Positions 48,471 through 61,090 of a stretch of 64,000 nucleotides of DNA are shown here, piece after piece. Numbering within the stretch: position 1 is the first letter of the stretch; each line of letters opens with the position of its first letter. The notes beneath the pieces are model-generated. The model ran no database searches. It saw nothing but the letters and a program-made list of their open reading frames with translations, and had not been told where the DNA came from. Where the stretch lies: positions 153,018,001 to 153,082,000 of the forward strand of contig CM059432.1 in the NCBI GenBank assembly GCA_030390025.1. Reading direction: 5' to 3'. The position numbers were made by a program, and so were the translations under genes. The stretch comes from Squalus acanthias. Its lineage: Eukaryota.

Positions 48471-51184
48471 GGCCTAGAAATTGGATAATGCGCGATTAGC
48501 CCGTGTCCATTGAGTCTGATGCAAACTTTGTGCTGCCTGCTAAGTAAAGAAATGCTAAATGCAATGTTCAGTGGCTTAGTGCCTCAGCAGAGGGCCCAAG
48601 TTCGGGCAAGACTAGCACCAATTAAAGGCAGCCTGCATCTCTTAAAGGGGAGGTGCATTCTTGTTTCAGCAGGTGGTGAAAGTGGCTGGGAAACAGACTG
48701 AGGAGTAAGAAAACTGCGTGATGGCGCAACATGGCAGAGAGAGAGCTCCCAGATTTTCAGACGCAGCACTGGAGTCCTTGGTGCAGCAGATGGAGAGGAG
48801 AAGAGAGGTCCTGTATCTACAGGAGGCCCGTCAGACAAATTGTCAGAAGGCATTAAGACCAGATAGCCGTTGCGAGCAGTGTAGCCCCGAGGACCTAGAT
48901 GCAGTGCCGCAAGAAGTTTAATGACCTCACACGAGTGGTCAAGGTCAGTGAATTCATCTTAAAATGTCATATCCTTACCACTGAATCACTCGGCTCAGAC
49001 ACTGCTCAATTCACTACCCCACTATCAATCACGACTCATATACCTCACATTCATAGCTTCATCTCACCCTCACACGCTTAGCATTGCTGCAAGCCTCACA
49101 CCCACATCTCACAGCTTGCACACACTGCCAGCTATTCAACCATGACAGCCACATCAGCCGAACACAGTGAACCACACTCACTGACACACTTGCAGGACAA
49201 GGTGGCTTGTAACAGGAGGCAGCTACAGCTAACTGGAGGGGGACACGCGTGCCTCCATATCCTGACTCCGCTCGAGGAGATGGTGGTCGTGACTGAGGCC
49301 GTGGAAAGCGTTGATGATGACGGTTCCTCATACCTAATCCTCCTTCTCACATCCCACTTGCCCCTCATCCCACAATCTCTTCTGACTTACAAGCTGCAGA
49401 TGGTGGAAGCATGCACCTCTTACTTTCCCCCGCACCCCCCTACTGCACCACAACCCTACCCTTGTGCTTTACTCATTTCAGAGACTCAAGGAATCCAACT
49501 TGGCCAGCCAGTGGTGCAAGAAGAAAAGGAGAGTGATGACGAAGAAGAAACATCGTCACTCGATCTGACAGTCGCAGCCACCAGCTCAGATACAGGCACT
49601 GCGCTGCCTTTAGAGGGTAGCTTAGAGGCGGGATCTGCATGTGGTGCATCATTGGACACGAGTGGGCTGCAACCAGGGCAGGGGAAAAGGGTAGCGCAGG
49701 TGCCAGCTCCCTGGAGGGTGAGGTGGCATAAGAGTTCTGCTGCACAGGACTCAGATGAGGAATTCGATGGGGCAGCCTATAGAAGAACGCACAATGAAAT
49801 GCTTGGTGCATTGGCAGGCCTGTCAGAAAGCCTTAATGCAATGTCAAGGAGCATGGAGGAGTCCAGCACCAACCCTGCACAGGGCTTTGTGCAGAGCGTG
49901 GAGCCCACTCTTTCCAGCGTGGAAGAGGAGGGCAAATCCATTAGTGCACTTGTGGACCCACCCATCATGCAGCATCTGATAGTCGATGTCTCAGCTTCCA
50001 TTGCAGCCTAAGCAGCATCCGCCCAACGTCTGACTGCTGCAAAGGAAGCTCAGACTGAAGTCATGGAAGGTCAGCTTGATGCCACGCAAGCTCAGACTGC
50101 TGGCATCATGGCTGGGTTTACCAGTGTTCAATGGGGCTTGCAGGACGTCACAGCAGACCAGCAATCTGTCCTCCAGCATTTTTTAAGGACGCCAATGGTC
50201 TGCATATCAGATTCCGTGTGGAGGCATGGCTTTCGTTATATGCCTGCTGCCCAAATGTGGTTGGATAGCGTAGCGGAGTCATGAGCCAGGTGGTCAGCGG
50301 ATAGTACTTGTCGCCCAGTAGCCACCCTCTGGTTTGTTGTGGTGGCTCAAATGCAGATGGTACAGTGGACCGTCACAGAATGAAGGCATCATGACTGCTG
50401 CCGATACCGAGCATTGACCTGCATGATGCGCTGAGTATGGTCTCAGACCAGCTGGACACTGAGGGAGTGGAATCTCTTCCGGTTGCAATACATCTCTGAA
50501 TTGAGATGCGGCAGAGCGACGTGTGTGCAGTCAGTGGCACCCTGCACCATGGGGAAGCCTGCTATCCTGGCGAAGCCACAGACTCGCTCCGCCTGCTTCT
50601 CTCTGGCCAGAGAGAATGAAATGTATTCAGCTCTCCTTGCATAAATAGCCTCACTCACCTCCCTTATACAGGAGTGGAGGGCGAACTGAGAGATGTTACA
50701 GATGTCACCTGCTCCAGCCTGGAAGGAGTCAGTACGAAATCCTTGAGCACGTGTCACACCACTCCTTGCAGACTTTAGGCAACTTTAAAGAAGTCTAGAA
50801 AGCACCAAACACTTGTACAAACTGAGCAACAGCTAGTAAAAACCAATCAACAACTAACCTGTAAATAGTGCTACTGGGGGGTCCTTCCTGCTGCTGAACG
50901 CATGTTCAGCTGTGCGAGGTTAAGAGAGGGCGATAGCTCCTGTGTTGAGGTTGAAAATGGCAGCACTGGCATCAAATCAGTGTTACACGCTGACTGACGT
51001 CACAATCTGTCTACTCTGCATATTAATGGCGCACACTCCCAGCGCCGGCGCTAACCCCTCACCAAAATGGCGTTTCGCGCGGCCCGCAGCAGAAGTGTGC
51101 GCCGCTGCTCGGATGCCATTTTTGTTACAAAATGGCACCCATAGCGCCGAAAAACCAGACACTACGGAGTCGAATTTCTAGCCC
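48471..51184 (-). mobile_element. Internally deleted Harbinger (Myb gene on +, transposase remnant on -)
   Basis: TIRs ggcctagaaatt / aatttctagccc, TSD ttg/ttg, inside an old CR1. Transposase remnant GFPMVQGATDCTH...NRKRFHSLSVQLV at about 50385-50735 (-). Confidence 0.9.
48721..50180 (+). pseudogene. Harbinger Myb/SANT-like gene (exon 1 48721-48943, exon 2 from 49196, exon 3 from 49482)
   Basis: MAQHGRERAPRFSDAALESLVQQMERRREVLY...QCRKKFNDLTRVVK|gtcagt…tgcag|DKVACNRRQLQLTGGG. Confidence 0.88.
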
Positions 51185-51460
51185 TTGGGCTTTTCAGCTT
51201 GGCAAAGAGGTGTCTGAAAAGTGACCTTATTTAGGTAAATAAGGTAGTAAACAGTATGGAAAAGTGAAATGTGGAAAATTACTTAAAACTTTTTCATACA
51301 AAGGATTGTGGGAATCTGGAATTCTCTCTCCCACAGGCTGTGGATGCTGAGTCATTTGGTACTTTCAGTACAGAGTGGTCAACACACGGAATGGATTCCT
51401 AGATAGGGTAATGTAGGCAAAACTCCTGGAATCTCTTACAAAAACAATAAAATAATTGAA

Positions 51461-52515
51461 TATAAGAACATAAGAAATAGGAGCTGGAGTAGACCATTTG
51501 GCCCCTCGAGCCTGCTCCGCCATTCAACAAGATCATGGCTGATCTTCTACCTCAACTCCATCTCCCCGCACTATCCCCATATCCCTTAATTCCATTAGTT
51601 CCCAAAAAATTATCAATCTCTGAGCATCCACAGCCCTCTGGGGTAGAGAATTCCAAAGATTCACAACCCTTTGAGTGAAGAAATTTCTCTTCATCTCAGA
51701 CCGACCCCTTATTCTGAGACTGTGACCCCGTGTTCTAGATTCCCCAGCCAGGGGAAACATTTTCTCAGCATTAACCCTGTCAAGCCCGTTAAGAATTTTA
51801 TATGTTTCAATGAGATCACCTCTCATTCTTCTAAACTCTAAGGAATATAGGCCGAGTCTACTCAATCTCTCCTCATAGGACAATCCCCTCATCCCAGGAA
51901 CCAGTCCAGTGAACCTTCGTTGCACTCCCTCTGAGGCAAGTATGTCTTTCCTTAGGTAAGGAGACCAGAACTATGCACAGTACTCCAGGTGTGGTCTCAC
52001 CAATGCCCTGTATAATTGTAGTAAGACTTCTTTACTCTTACACTCTAATTCCTTTGTAACAAAAGCTAACATACCATTTGCTTTCCTAATTGCTTGCTGT
52101 ACCTGCATGTTAACTTTCTGTGATTCATGTACAAGGTCACCCAGGTCCCTCTGAACACCAACATTTCCCAATCTCTCACCATTCAAAAAATATTCTGCAT
52201 TTTTGTTTTCCTACAAAGTGGATAACTTCACACTTCCCCACATTGTATTCCATTTGCCATGTTCTTGCCCACTCAGTCAACCTGTCTATATCCCTCTGCA
52301 GCCTCTTTGCGTCCTCCTCACAGCTTACTTTCCCACCTAACTTTGTATCATCAGCAAACTTGGATATGTTACACTCAGTCCCTTCATCTAAATCATTAAT
52401 ATAGATTGTAAATAGCTGAGGCCCAAGCACTGATCCTTGTGGTACCCTGTTAGTTGCCAACCCGGAGAAGTCCTGTTTATTCCTACTCTCTGTTTTCTGT
52501 CCATTAACCAATGCT
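51461..52515 (-). mobile_element. CR1 LINE 3' part
   Basis: VPQGSVLGPQLFTIYINDL...FADDTKLGG and LYRALVRPHLEYC, with a (ttcttatg) tail. Confidence 0.9.
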
Positions 52516-52524
52516 GTAATGGAG

Positions 52525-52972
52525 GAAAGAAAGACTTGCATTTACATAGCACCTTTCACGTCCACCAGATGTCCACAAAGTGCTTTACAACCAATGAAGT
52601 ACTTTTTTGAAGTGTAGTCACTGTTGTAATGTAAGAAACGTGGCAGCCAATTTGTGCTCAGCAAGTTCCCACAAACAGCAATGTGATAATGACCAGATAA
52701 TCTGTTTTTGTTATGTTGATTGAGAGATAAATATTGGCCAGGACACCGGGGATAACTCCCCTGCTCTTCTTCGAAATAGTGGCCGTGGGATCTTTTACGT
52801 CCACCTGAGAGAGCAGACGGGGCCTCGGTTTAACCTCTCATCCGAAAGACGGCACCTCTGACAGTGCAGCACTCCCTAGATTTTCGTGCTCAAGTCTCTG
52901 GAGTGGAACTTGAACCCATAACCTTCTGACTCAGAGGTGAGTGCGCTACCAACTGAGCCACAGCTGACACCT
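52525..52972 (-). mobile_element. DeuSINE-like SINE, near full length
   Basis: The reverse complement has tggctcagttgg (A box), gttcaagttc (B box) and the same body and tail as 47463-47932. Confidence 0.85.
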
Positions 52973-53848
52973 GAGGAGTTTATTATCCTTCTGGACGGAT
53001 GAACTAAAATGGGCTGAAAGTCCTTCCTTATTCTTAAATATCTTGTGATCTTGTGACTACAGCGACTTATATAATAACTTGTAATTTTCCAAATCAAGTA
53101 TGTGACTGTATCTCTGCCATGACCAGTGATGAAATATGGCAGGGAGAGGGAATTCTCATTTCTAATTTCCTCCTGAATCAGAAAGAGGCCATTCACCTGT
53201 GCCAGCAGTTGTTCTTCAACTGGAGCCGTCGACTCTATCCCCACTTCCTTACCTTCTACCTGTGTCCTTCTCTATTTTTCCTTCTTAAATACTTATCCAG
53301 TTTTGTTTTTCATGATATAGTCTCTGCCTTTAAGCCAGATGTGATAAAGTATTCCACATTCTGATAACCTTCAGCGTGTTTTCTCTCCCTCATGAACCGC
53401 AGAGCTTTCTTCATATAGGGACATCAAAATGACTTTGCAATCTAGTGCTGCAGGGAAGGGGGGAAGGAATGATCCCTGACCAATGACTGACAAAACAAAC
53501 CCAACTGGGGCAAATGGCAGGGAGCCTTGGAACTTTAACTTGTCACTCTCTCTGCTCGAGAGTCAGATGGACTTCCCACAGTCCTTCTATTTGTGGTTAC
53601 AGTCATTTCCAGCAGTAATTACTGCTTCACTTATGACTGTGATGCAGAGATTACGTCTGTTTTAGTGAGTTGGCATTGCTGAAATAGCCCAGCTATCAGT
53701 TGGTCGCATTGTTGGCAGGAGTGGTGGCACCGATGAGACTCAACAAGTGAATCTCATCACAATGACCCTGCACTGACACTGACTTGATGTGAATAACCTC
53801 ATGGGAATGGACGTTGAGAAAGTTATTTCAAGGTCGCCAAAAAACATA

Positions 53849-54302
53849 GGGCTGGATTTTCAATGACCCGTGGAGTCGGGTTTGGAGGCGTGTGGGGGGT
53901 TAAATTTGCGGGGTCGGGGTTTCCGACCCCATCCCGACTCCATCCCGCCTCCACGCAATTTTGACAAAATCAGTCGCGGGGTTCCCGCCTCCATCCCGCC
54001 TCCAAGAGGCGGGAGAGGCCATTAAAGCCCTTAACAAGCTCTAAATTGGCTCTGCAATGCCATTTTGAAACGTTTTAGCTAGTTTAACCCTTTTCCGACG
54101 TGAAGTACGCCTGATGTGAAACACTCCAGTGAAACCTGGCGGGAGCACAAGTGGATAGCTGACTATCAGCTGCAGGTCCACTATTACAACGGAGATGTGA
54201 TGAAGGTAGTAGTAGTATTAGGTCTGAAAGTCGCCGCTGCTGCATTGAATGTGTTCAGAGACTGCCTGGCCTTTGCTGTGAGGGGACTTGGATGCAAAAA
54301 AA

Positions 54303-54336
<34 letters not shown>

Positions 54337-54623
54337 CCCTTCTCCCCCATATTTTGCATCCAGGTCCACTCACATCAAAAGCAAGCCAGGCAGGTCCTCT
54401 CTCATCAACAGTCTCTGAGACTAGGCAGTCAGCAATGATGACATCATCAGAGGCAACTTTCAGACTGAAACCACTAATTGGTTCATGGGTTCCCACATGC
54501 TGGAACTCAATTGCCCAATTAAGTGAAAATTGCATCATTCATCCACATTAATCTGGAGTCGGGGGGGAAACACGAAATGCGGATTACACGACCCCAACCC
54601 GACCCCAAGACAAAATCCAGCCC
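53849..54623. mobile_element. Harbinger-type MITE
   Basis: Perfect 12-bp TIR gggctggatttt / aaaatccagccc, TSD ata/ata, with an internal (CT)n at about 54305-54336. Confidence 0.9.
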
Positions 54624-55568
54624 ATAATCTCTGCTCAGCTCATGATTCAAATTCTTTTCTACTTAGAGCAAGAGAAACTGTTAAGACTTCTTTAAATCCT
54701 TGGGGAAAAAAAACATCGGAATGAGTGAAGGTTACGTTTTGTTTAAGAAAAAAAGTCACTTTTTTCCCACTTAGCAGAACCTGACAACAATGAACTGTAA
54801 AAGTAACTTTTGGAAATCCAATACTCCTTTCTTTGTTTATTGAAGAAAATAGGGTGACACCAAGCAGATTTAAAGATTCTTGGGCGATCAGGGAGCTGTT
54901 ATAGGACAGATCCGTTTGACTGGAGCTCCATCGGTTGCTTATTTTTTACGAGTGGAATAAACAATCACTTTGAAGCATGCAAATCCTTCCAACTTGTTGT
55001 AGTGACATGGAACGTATCCCTGTTGTGGGGTTACTGAGTAATGCTGCTTTATAAAGGACCAATTGTTTAAAGCGACTGCTTTCGAATGTCATTTAACACA
55101 ACAGCTAGCCTGGGCATCTATTGAGAAAACCATTTGCCCAGGTGCACCCACTTTGCTCCAGAACAAAGCTATGTCTCCCAGCACCACAGCAATTGAATGC
55201 TGTGCTTCAGCCAGGGGCAGCGTTTGCTTTGTGAAGGCCCTGTGCAAAGGTTCAGTTTCGGGTTCCTACATTTTACCAGACCAACTTCTCACTTGATGCC
55301 CCAGACTAGCTCAAGATGTTGTGCAATTGCATAGGGTGCACACTCGTATCGCTGCCCCTGCCTTCAGCCCAATGCCAGCGGCATTTGTAACCTGCTCGTG
55401 TTGTGACCACGTGGGGTGTTTGGTGAGGGTCAAGAGAGTTCAAATTGGTCAGGACAGGGAATGACCAGAACTGGTTGCTAGAGGGGTGGGCCAGCTCCCT
55501 TTGTATTAGGGCCGCTGATTTCCCCTTTCAAGAAAGAAGACAGTGAGGGGGTGCGGGGGGTGGGGAGT

Positions 55569-55741
55569 CGGTGAAATTGGTCTTTACCAGTAGCGTGAAA
55601 CAGGCTCACAGCGAATCTACTATCCATTTAACTGTGCGCCCAATTCTGATTTCAATGGAAAAGATAATCGGGCACCGTTTAGAACAGTCTGCCGATTCGC
55701 TATTGCCCATTTCGCGCTACTGCCGAATGTCAATTTCACCA
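55569..55741. mobile_element. ~170-bp MITE related to 31734-31901
   Basis: ggtgaaattg...cagtagcg pairs with cgctactg...caatttcacc. Confidence 0.7.
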
Positions 55742-56239
55742 CCAGGAGGTTCTGTTTGCACGCAGAGCGCCAGCTAAGATTGTGGCGATCTTTTTAGTCA
55801 CCAGAGACCGAAGAATTTAAAACAAATAACACATTACATATCTGTCGCCACTGGCCTGTCAAACCTGTATTTTCATTTGTTAAAACAAAATTTAAACCAT
55901 TATTAAAATCTGGCCAGCTGCTGATTACCTTTGCACTGTGCCCAAGAGCCAAATCCCAGCCACACAAAATCATGCCAGCCAAAGCAGCGGAATGTCTGCT
56001 TGGCTCTGGCACTTTAGTGTAATTAAAGTTAGTGGATAGTGCTGGAGGGCAAATACTGATTGTGTCACCTGACACCCACACAAAATATTTTGCATCCTGC
56101 TTGTGCTGCATAGGACTGCTAATATAATTTCAGGAGCAGATCTTACCTAATGATCTTTATCCTTTTGTTTTTGTCCTGTTCGTTCATTTTACCACTTCAC
56201 TTCTCTCCTCTGCTCCTGAAGAACGTCAATATTTTAGCG

Positions 56240-57040
56240 TTATAAGAACATAAGGAACAGGAGTAGGCCATTTAGTCCTCAAACCTGCTCCGCCATTCAA
56301 TTAGACTGTGGCTGATCTGTACCTCAACCCCATTTGCCCGCCTTTGCTCCATATCCCTCGATACACTTACCTAACAAAAATCTATCAATCTCAGTCTTGA
56401 AAACTCCAATTGTCCCAGCATCCACAGCCTGTTGGGGGAGAGAATTCCAGATTTCTACTACCCTTTGTGTGAAAAAGTGCTTCTTGATTCTCTACCAGAG
56501 GAAATAGTTCCCTGTATCTATCCTATCGAATCCTTTTAACATCTCAGTCAGATCACCCCCCAATCTTCTATACTCAAGGGAATACATGCCAAGTTTATGC
56601 AACCTGTCAGAATTTCCTCTGATGAATCTGTGTGGCACCCCCTCCAAGGCCAATATATCCAAAAATGAAGGCAGTACTCCAGATGGAGGCTGGCAAAGGC
56701 TCTTTACAACTGAAGCATAACTTTCTCCCCTTTGTATTCCAACCTCCTTGAGATAAAGACCAACTTTCCATTCACCTTTTTGATTGCTTTTTGTACCTGT
56801 CCATTAGCTTTTACTGATTTGTGTAGTTGGATTCCCAAATCTCTTTGCTCCCCTACAATTCCTAATTTCTCACCATTTACAAAATACTCCAATTTATCTT
56901 TTAGGTCCAAATTGAATGACCTCACACTTGCCTAGATTAAACTCCATCTGCCATAGTTTTGCCCACTCACTTAATCTGTCCTTGTCCCTTTGCAACGGCC
57001 TTCTCCCATCTGCGTTACATACTTACTCTCCCTCCTAATT
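56240..57040 (-). mobile_element. CR1 fragment, degenerate
   Basis: NGEKLGIVGEQRDLGIQLHKS...AIKKVNG and the CR1 3' UTR. Confidence 0.85.
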
Positions 57041-57064
57041 GACTTCCTGGACCCACTTGACCCA

Positions 57065-58460
57065 GTGTGCAGCACACAGTGGACTAGGAACCCAGAGGTC
57101 TTGAGTTCAAATCACACCAAGGCAAATTGTGAAATTTAATTTAATTAATCTGGCAATTTGTGGGTTGGTACCAGAAAATGACCATAAAAGCTACTGAACT
57201 GTTGTAAAAATCCAACTGCTGCATTAATGTCCTTCAGGGAATGGAACCTGCCACCGTTAACTTGGTCTAGCCAATAAGTGGCTCCAGAGCCACAGTGACA
57301 TGGCTGGAAGGCTGTTTCCAGTGGGGTTCCGCAGGGCTCAGTACTAGGTCCCTTGCTTTTTGTGGTATATATCAACGATCTAGACTTGAATATAGGGGGT
57401 ATGATTAAGAAGTTTGCAGATGATGCTAAAATCGGCTGTGTGATTGATACTGAAGAAGGAAGCTGTAGACTGCAGGCAGATAGCAATAAATTGGTCAGGT
57501 GGGCAGAACAGTGGCAAATGGAATTCAATCCGGAGAAGTGTGAGGTAATGCATTTGGGGAGGGCTAACAAGGAAAGGGAATACACATTAAATGGTAGGAC
57601 ACTGAGTAGTGTAGAGGAACAAAGGGACCTTGGAGTGCATGTCCACAGATCCCTGAAGGTAGCAGGCCAGGTAGATAAGGTGGTTAAGAAGGCATACGGA
57701 ATGCTTGCCTTTATTAGCTGTGGCATAGAATACAAGAGCAGGGGGGTTATGCTTCAACTGTATAAAACACTAGTTAGGCCTCAGCTAGAGTACTGCATGC
57801 AGTTCTGGTCACCACATTACAGGAAAGATGTAATTGCACTAGAGAGGGTACAGAGGAGATTTACAAGGATGTTGCCGGGAGTAGAGAATCTTAGCTATGA
57901 GGAAAGACTGGAAAGACTGGGCCTGTTTTCCTTGGAACAGAGGAGGCTGAGGGGAAACCTAATTGAGGTGTATAAAATTATATGGGGCATAGATAAAGTG
58001 GATAGAAAGGACCTATTTCCCTTAGCAGAGGTGTCAAAAACCAGGGGGCACAGATTTAAAGTAATTGGTGGAAGGTTTAGAGGGGATTTGAGGGGAAATT
58101 TCTTCACCCAGAGGGTTGTGGGGGTCTGGAACTCACTGCCTGAAAGGGTGGTAGAGGCAGAAACCCTAACCACATTTAAAAAGTACTTGGATGTGCGCTT
58201 GGGATGCTCTAACCTGCAGGGCTACGGACAAAGAGCTGGGAAGTGGGATTAGGCTGGATGGCTCTTTGTTGGCCAGCGCGGACACGATAGGCCGAAATGG
58301 CCTCCTTCCGTGCTGTAACTTTCTATGATTCTATGACATGATTGCCTCTTAATGCCCTCAGAGGAACCACACATGGGCAATAAATATTTCCTTGTAGTTG
58401 TCACCCCTATCCCAAGAACAAATAAAGAAACACATCCCAGGAATGAATAAAAAAATACAC
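57065..58460 (+). mobile_element. Older relative of the 47954 SINE, split by a young CR1 (57303-58336)
   Basis: gagttcaaatc B box and taatgtccttcaggga body. The CR1 has an open 299-aa ORF (57353-58252) and tgacatg occurs at both junctions. Confidence 0.8.
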
Positions 58461-59292
58461 ATACGCATACTTTCCCTTAGGGTCACTCAATTTTGATTAG
58501 GAGCAGGAGGATTTTCCTCTCCTAAGGTCAGGATTACTGAAGCCCATTTGTAGTGCACCCACAGTTACGCGAGCTCTAATCAACAACTTAACCCAGGTCT
58601 GGGGCCTTCATCATCTGTATGGCTCAGCACCCAGGGAGTCAACCAGGTGTTTCAACAAGGATTGTATCATCATATCACCATGTTCAATGGGCAAACAAAA
58701 CTGCCTTGCAAACACGTTTCAATAGAACAGTGTCCTGCATTCATTTTTATTCAATAGAACTTTACTTTGCACAATTAAGCCACAAGCTTATCTTTCAAAA
58801 ATCTGAGCAAGTTCAGAGGTACTTCCTCTAATTTCCAGTGATTTAAATCTCGAGAGAAAGAAGCATGTGAGCTGTTGACGTCATGGAGCTCTCATGTATG
58901 TGCAATTCAAAAGAAAAATATACGTGAACTATGAAGCATGTCACATTCTACGCCTACAAAAAACAAAATGACGCAATCTTCTTTGAATAGGTGTTTTTAT
59001 TTCTTCAACCACGAAAAAGAACGACCTGTAACTGCATTCATTCTTCTGTGGGGAAACTGTTCTTTCAAGCACATACTGTCAATGTTGTACATTTCCTGGT
59101 GATGACCACTGATGAGCTGTGTTCCATTACTGAACGAGTATGAAATGGGACTACTGACTAATGTAAGAGACTGCGCGCATAGAAGGTGCGTAATTCAAAT
59201 AAGGCTGTTCAGTGCAAACACACATTTCATGCAAATCAGCATGACATCAAATGCCAGCAAACATGACATAGTCTGAGACTGTAACAAATGCA

Positions 59293-60331
59293 GGCTTAGA
59301 AATTCCAACCTTTAGCGCCCACCGTTAAGGCCGGTTTCGAGGAAAAATTGGCGGCCGCTCGCTTCCACCCACTTCTGGCGTGGAACGTGGCAGCCGACAT
59401 ATTGGGCAGGTCGGCAGCGCTCTGTTGCCTGCGTTCTCTGTGAGTATGTTAGTTACCAGGAGCGTGACGACAATCGGCGTGCAACGCCGAATTGATGCAC
59501 GCTCAGCGATTTTGGACGTCGCTCTTCTTACCGTCCACTCCAAAGCACGCTGGTGTGTGCAGCCGTTGACAGCGTGTAGAGGCGGGAGAAAGCGGCGCTG
59601 AGCTATAAACCCTACAGTAAACAGCTGCTGGGATAACTGGCAACTATGGAGAGCTCAGACTATGTAATTGGAGTGAAAACTGCTTCCAATGAGATACATC
59701 AAATCTCCCCCTCCCCTGGTCAGCCAAACATTACAGGAGGTAAATACTTTTAGAATAAACTATACTGTACTACAGTTGTAAGAATCTCAGGAAAAAAAAT
59801 AAAACTACATTTCCTTAAATTTTATGAATTGGGTTTTCTAGTTTAGGAACTGATAAAATAATATGTAAAGTTTTGAAGTCTATTTTTAAAAGACCAAGAA
59901 TTAAGGAAAATTTAACATGATATTCTCTCCAAGAGTTCTTCAAATATCTGCTGTTGTAAAAAATGTAATTGAACTCTCTTCTGTACAATTTACACCAGTA
60001 AACTCGTGGACAAGAGGTTATTGTTTCCTATTTTAAAATGTATTTCAGTTGATTTCTCATGCAACAGTTTAACGACATTATGCCACAGTCTTTCACTGTT
60101 AATAGGGGATTGCCCGAGAATGCTGCACCAATTCTTTAGACATGACCTTCGGCCTCCTGCTGATGTTACCGCCGGAAAGTGCGCGTTGCACGGGGGATTC
60201 AGCGCTCCGCTCATTTAAATCAGCAGGTAGCACGAAATTACTGGCGCTGCCTGCGCTCTATTGACGGGCTGCCGTTAACCTTGGCCCGCGCTGGCACCGC
60301 CTGTTTTCAGACTTAATCGAATTTCTAGGCC
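59293..60331. mobile_element. Non-autonomous Harbinger-family element with AT-rich interior
   Basis: TIRs ggcttagaaatt / aatttctaggcc, imperfect TSD gca/gta. Arms are similar to those of 8924-10909. Confidence 0.8.
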
Positions 60332-61090
60332 GTACATTCTAGGCCAGCTAAATCTATCATTTTACTAGATTTACGGGATAGTTATTTGTGAACCCTGAGT
60401 GTGAATTTACACATAGCTCCAATTCTTCTAATCTATCTGTTTCCAGTTATTGTCTCATTTAAACTGAAGAAAGATCACAAATATAATATTAGTCTGTCTC
60501 TTTATCTATTTATCATTTCATCAGTCTATTTACTTAAACAATATAAGCAACTTCAAGTTAAGTGGATTAGCCTGTATTTACTCAATTACTTGGCTTAAAA
60601 TGTGCATTTTGATATTTATGGAGGTGAATTATTGGGGTGGTGGGGGGAGACAATTCTGACAAGTTTCTGCCCTGTGATCACAGTGCTGCAGTTTCCATTG
60701 CCAGTGTGGGCCTTCCATGAGTGTGCTTGCCAATGCTGCTGTAAGGTCTTCATAATATATTAAAATGAGGATCAGTAGTGCTGGAGTTCTCTAAACCAGT
60801 GACTTGTGCACCAAGGATAATCGACAATCAAGAAAGAAAGAACTTGTATTTCTATAGCGCCTTTCATGACCTCAGGATGTCCCAAAGCGCTTCACAGCCA
60901 ATGAAGTACTTTTGAAGTGTAGTCACTGTTGTATTGTAGGAAACGCAGCATCCAATTTGCACACAGCAAGATCCCACAAACAGCAATGTGATAATGACCA
61001 GATAACCCGCTTTAGTGATGTTTGAGGGATAAATATTGGCCAGGACACCGGGGAGAAAGCCCCTGCTCTTCTTCAAAATATTGACATAGG

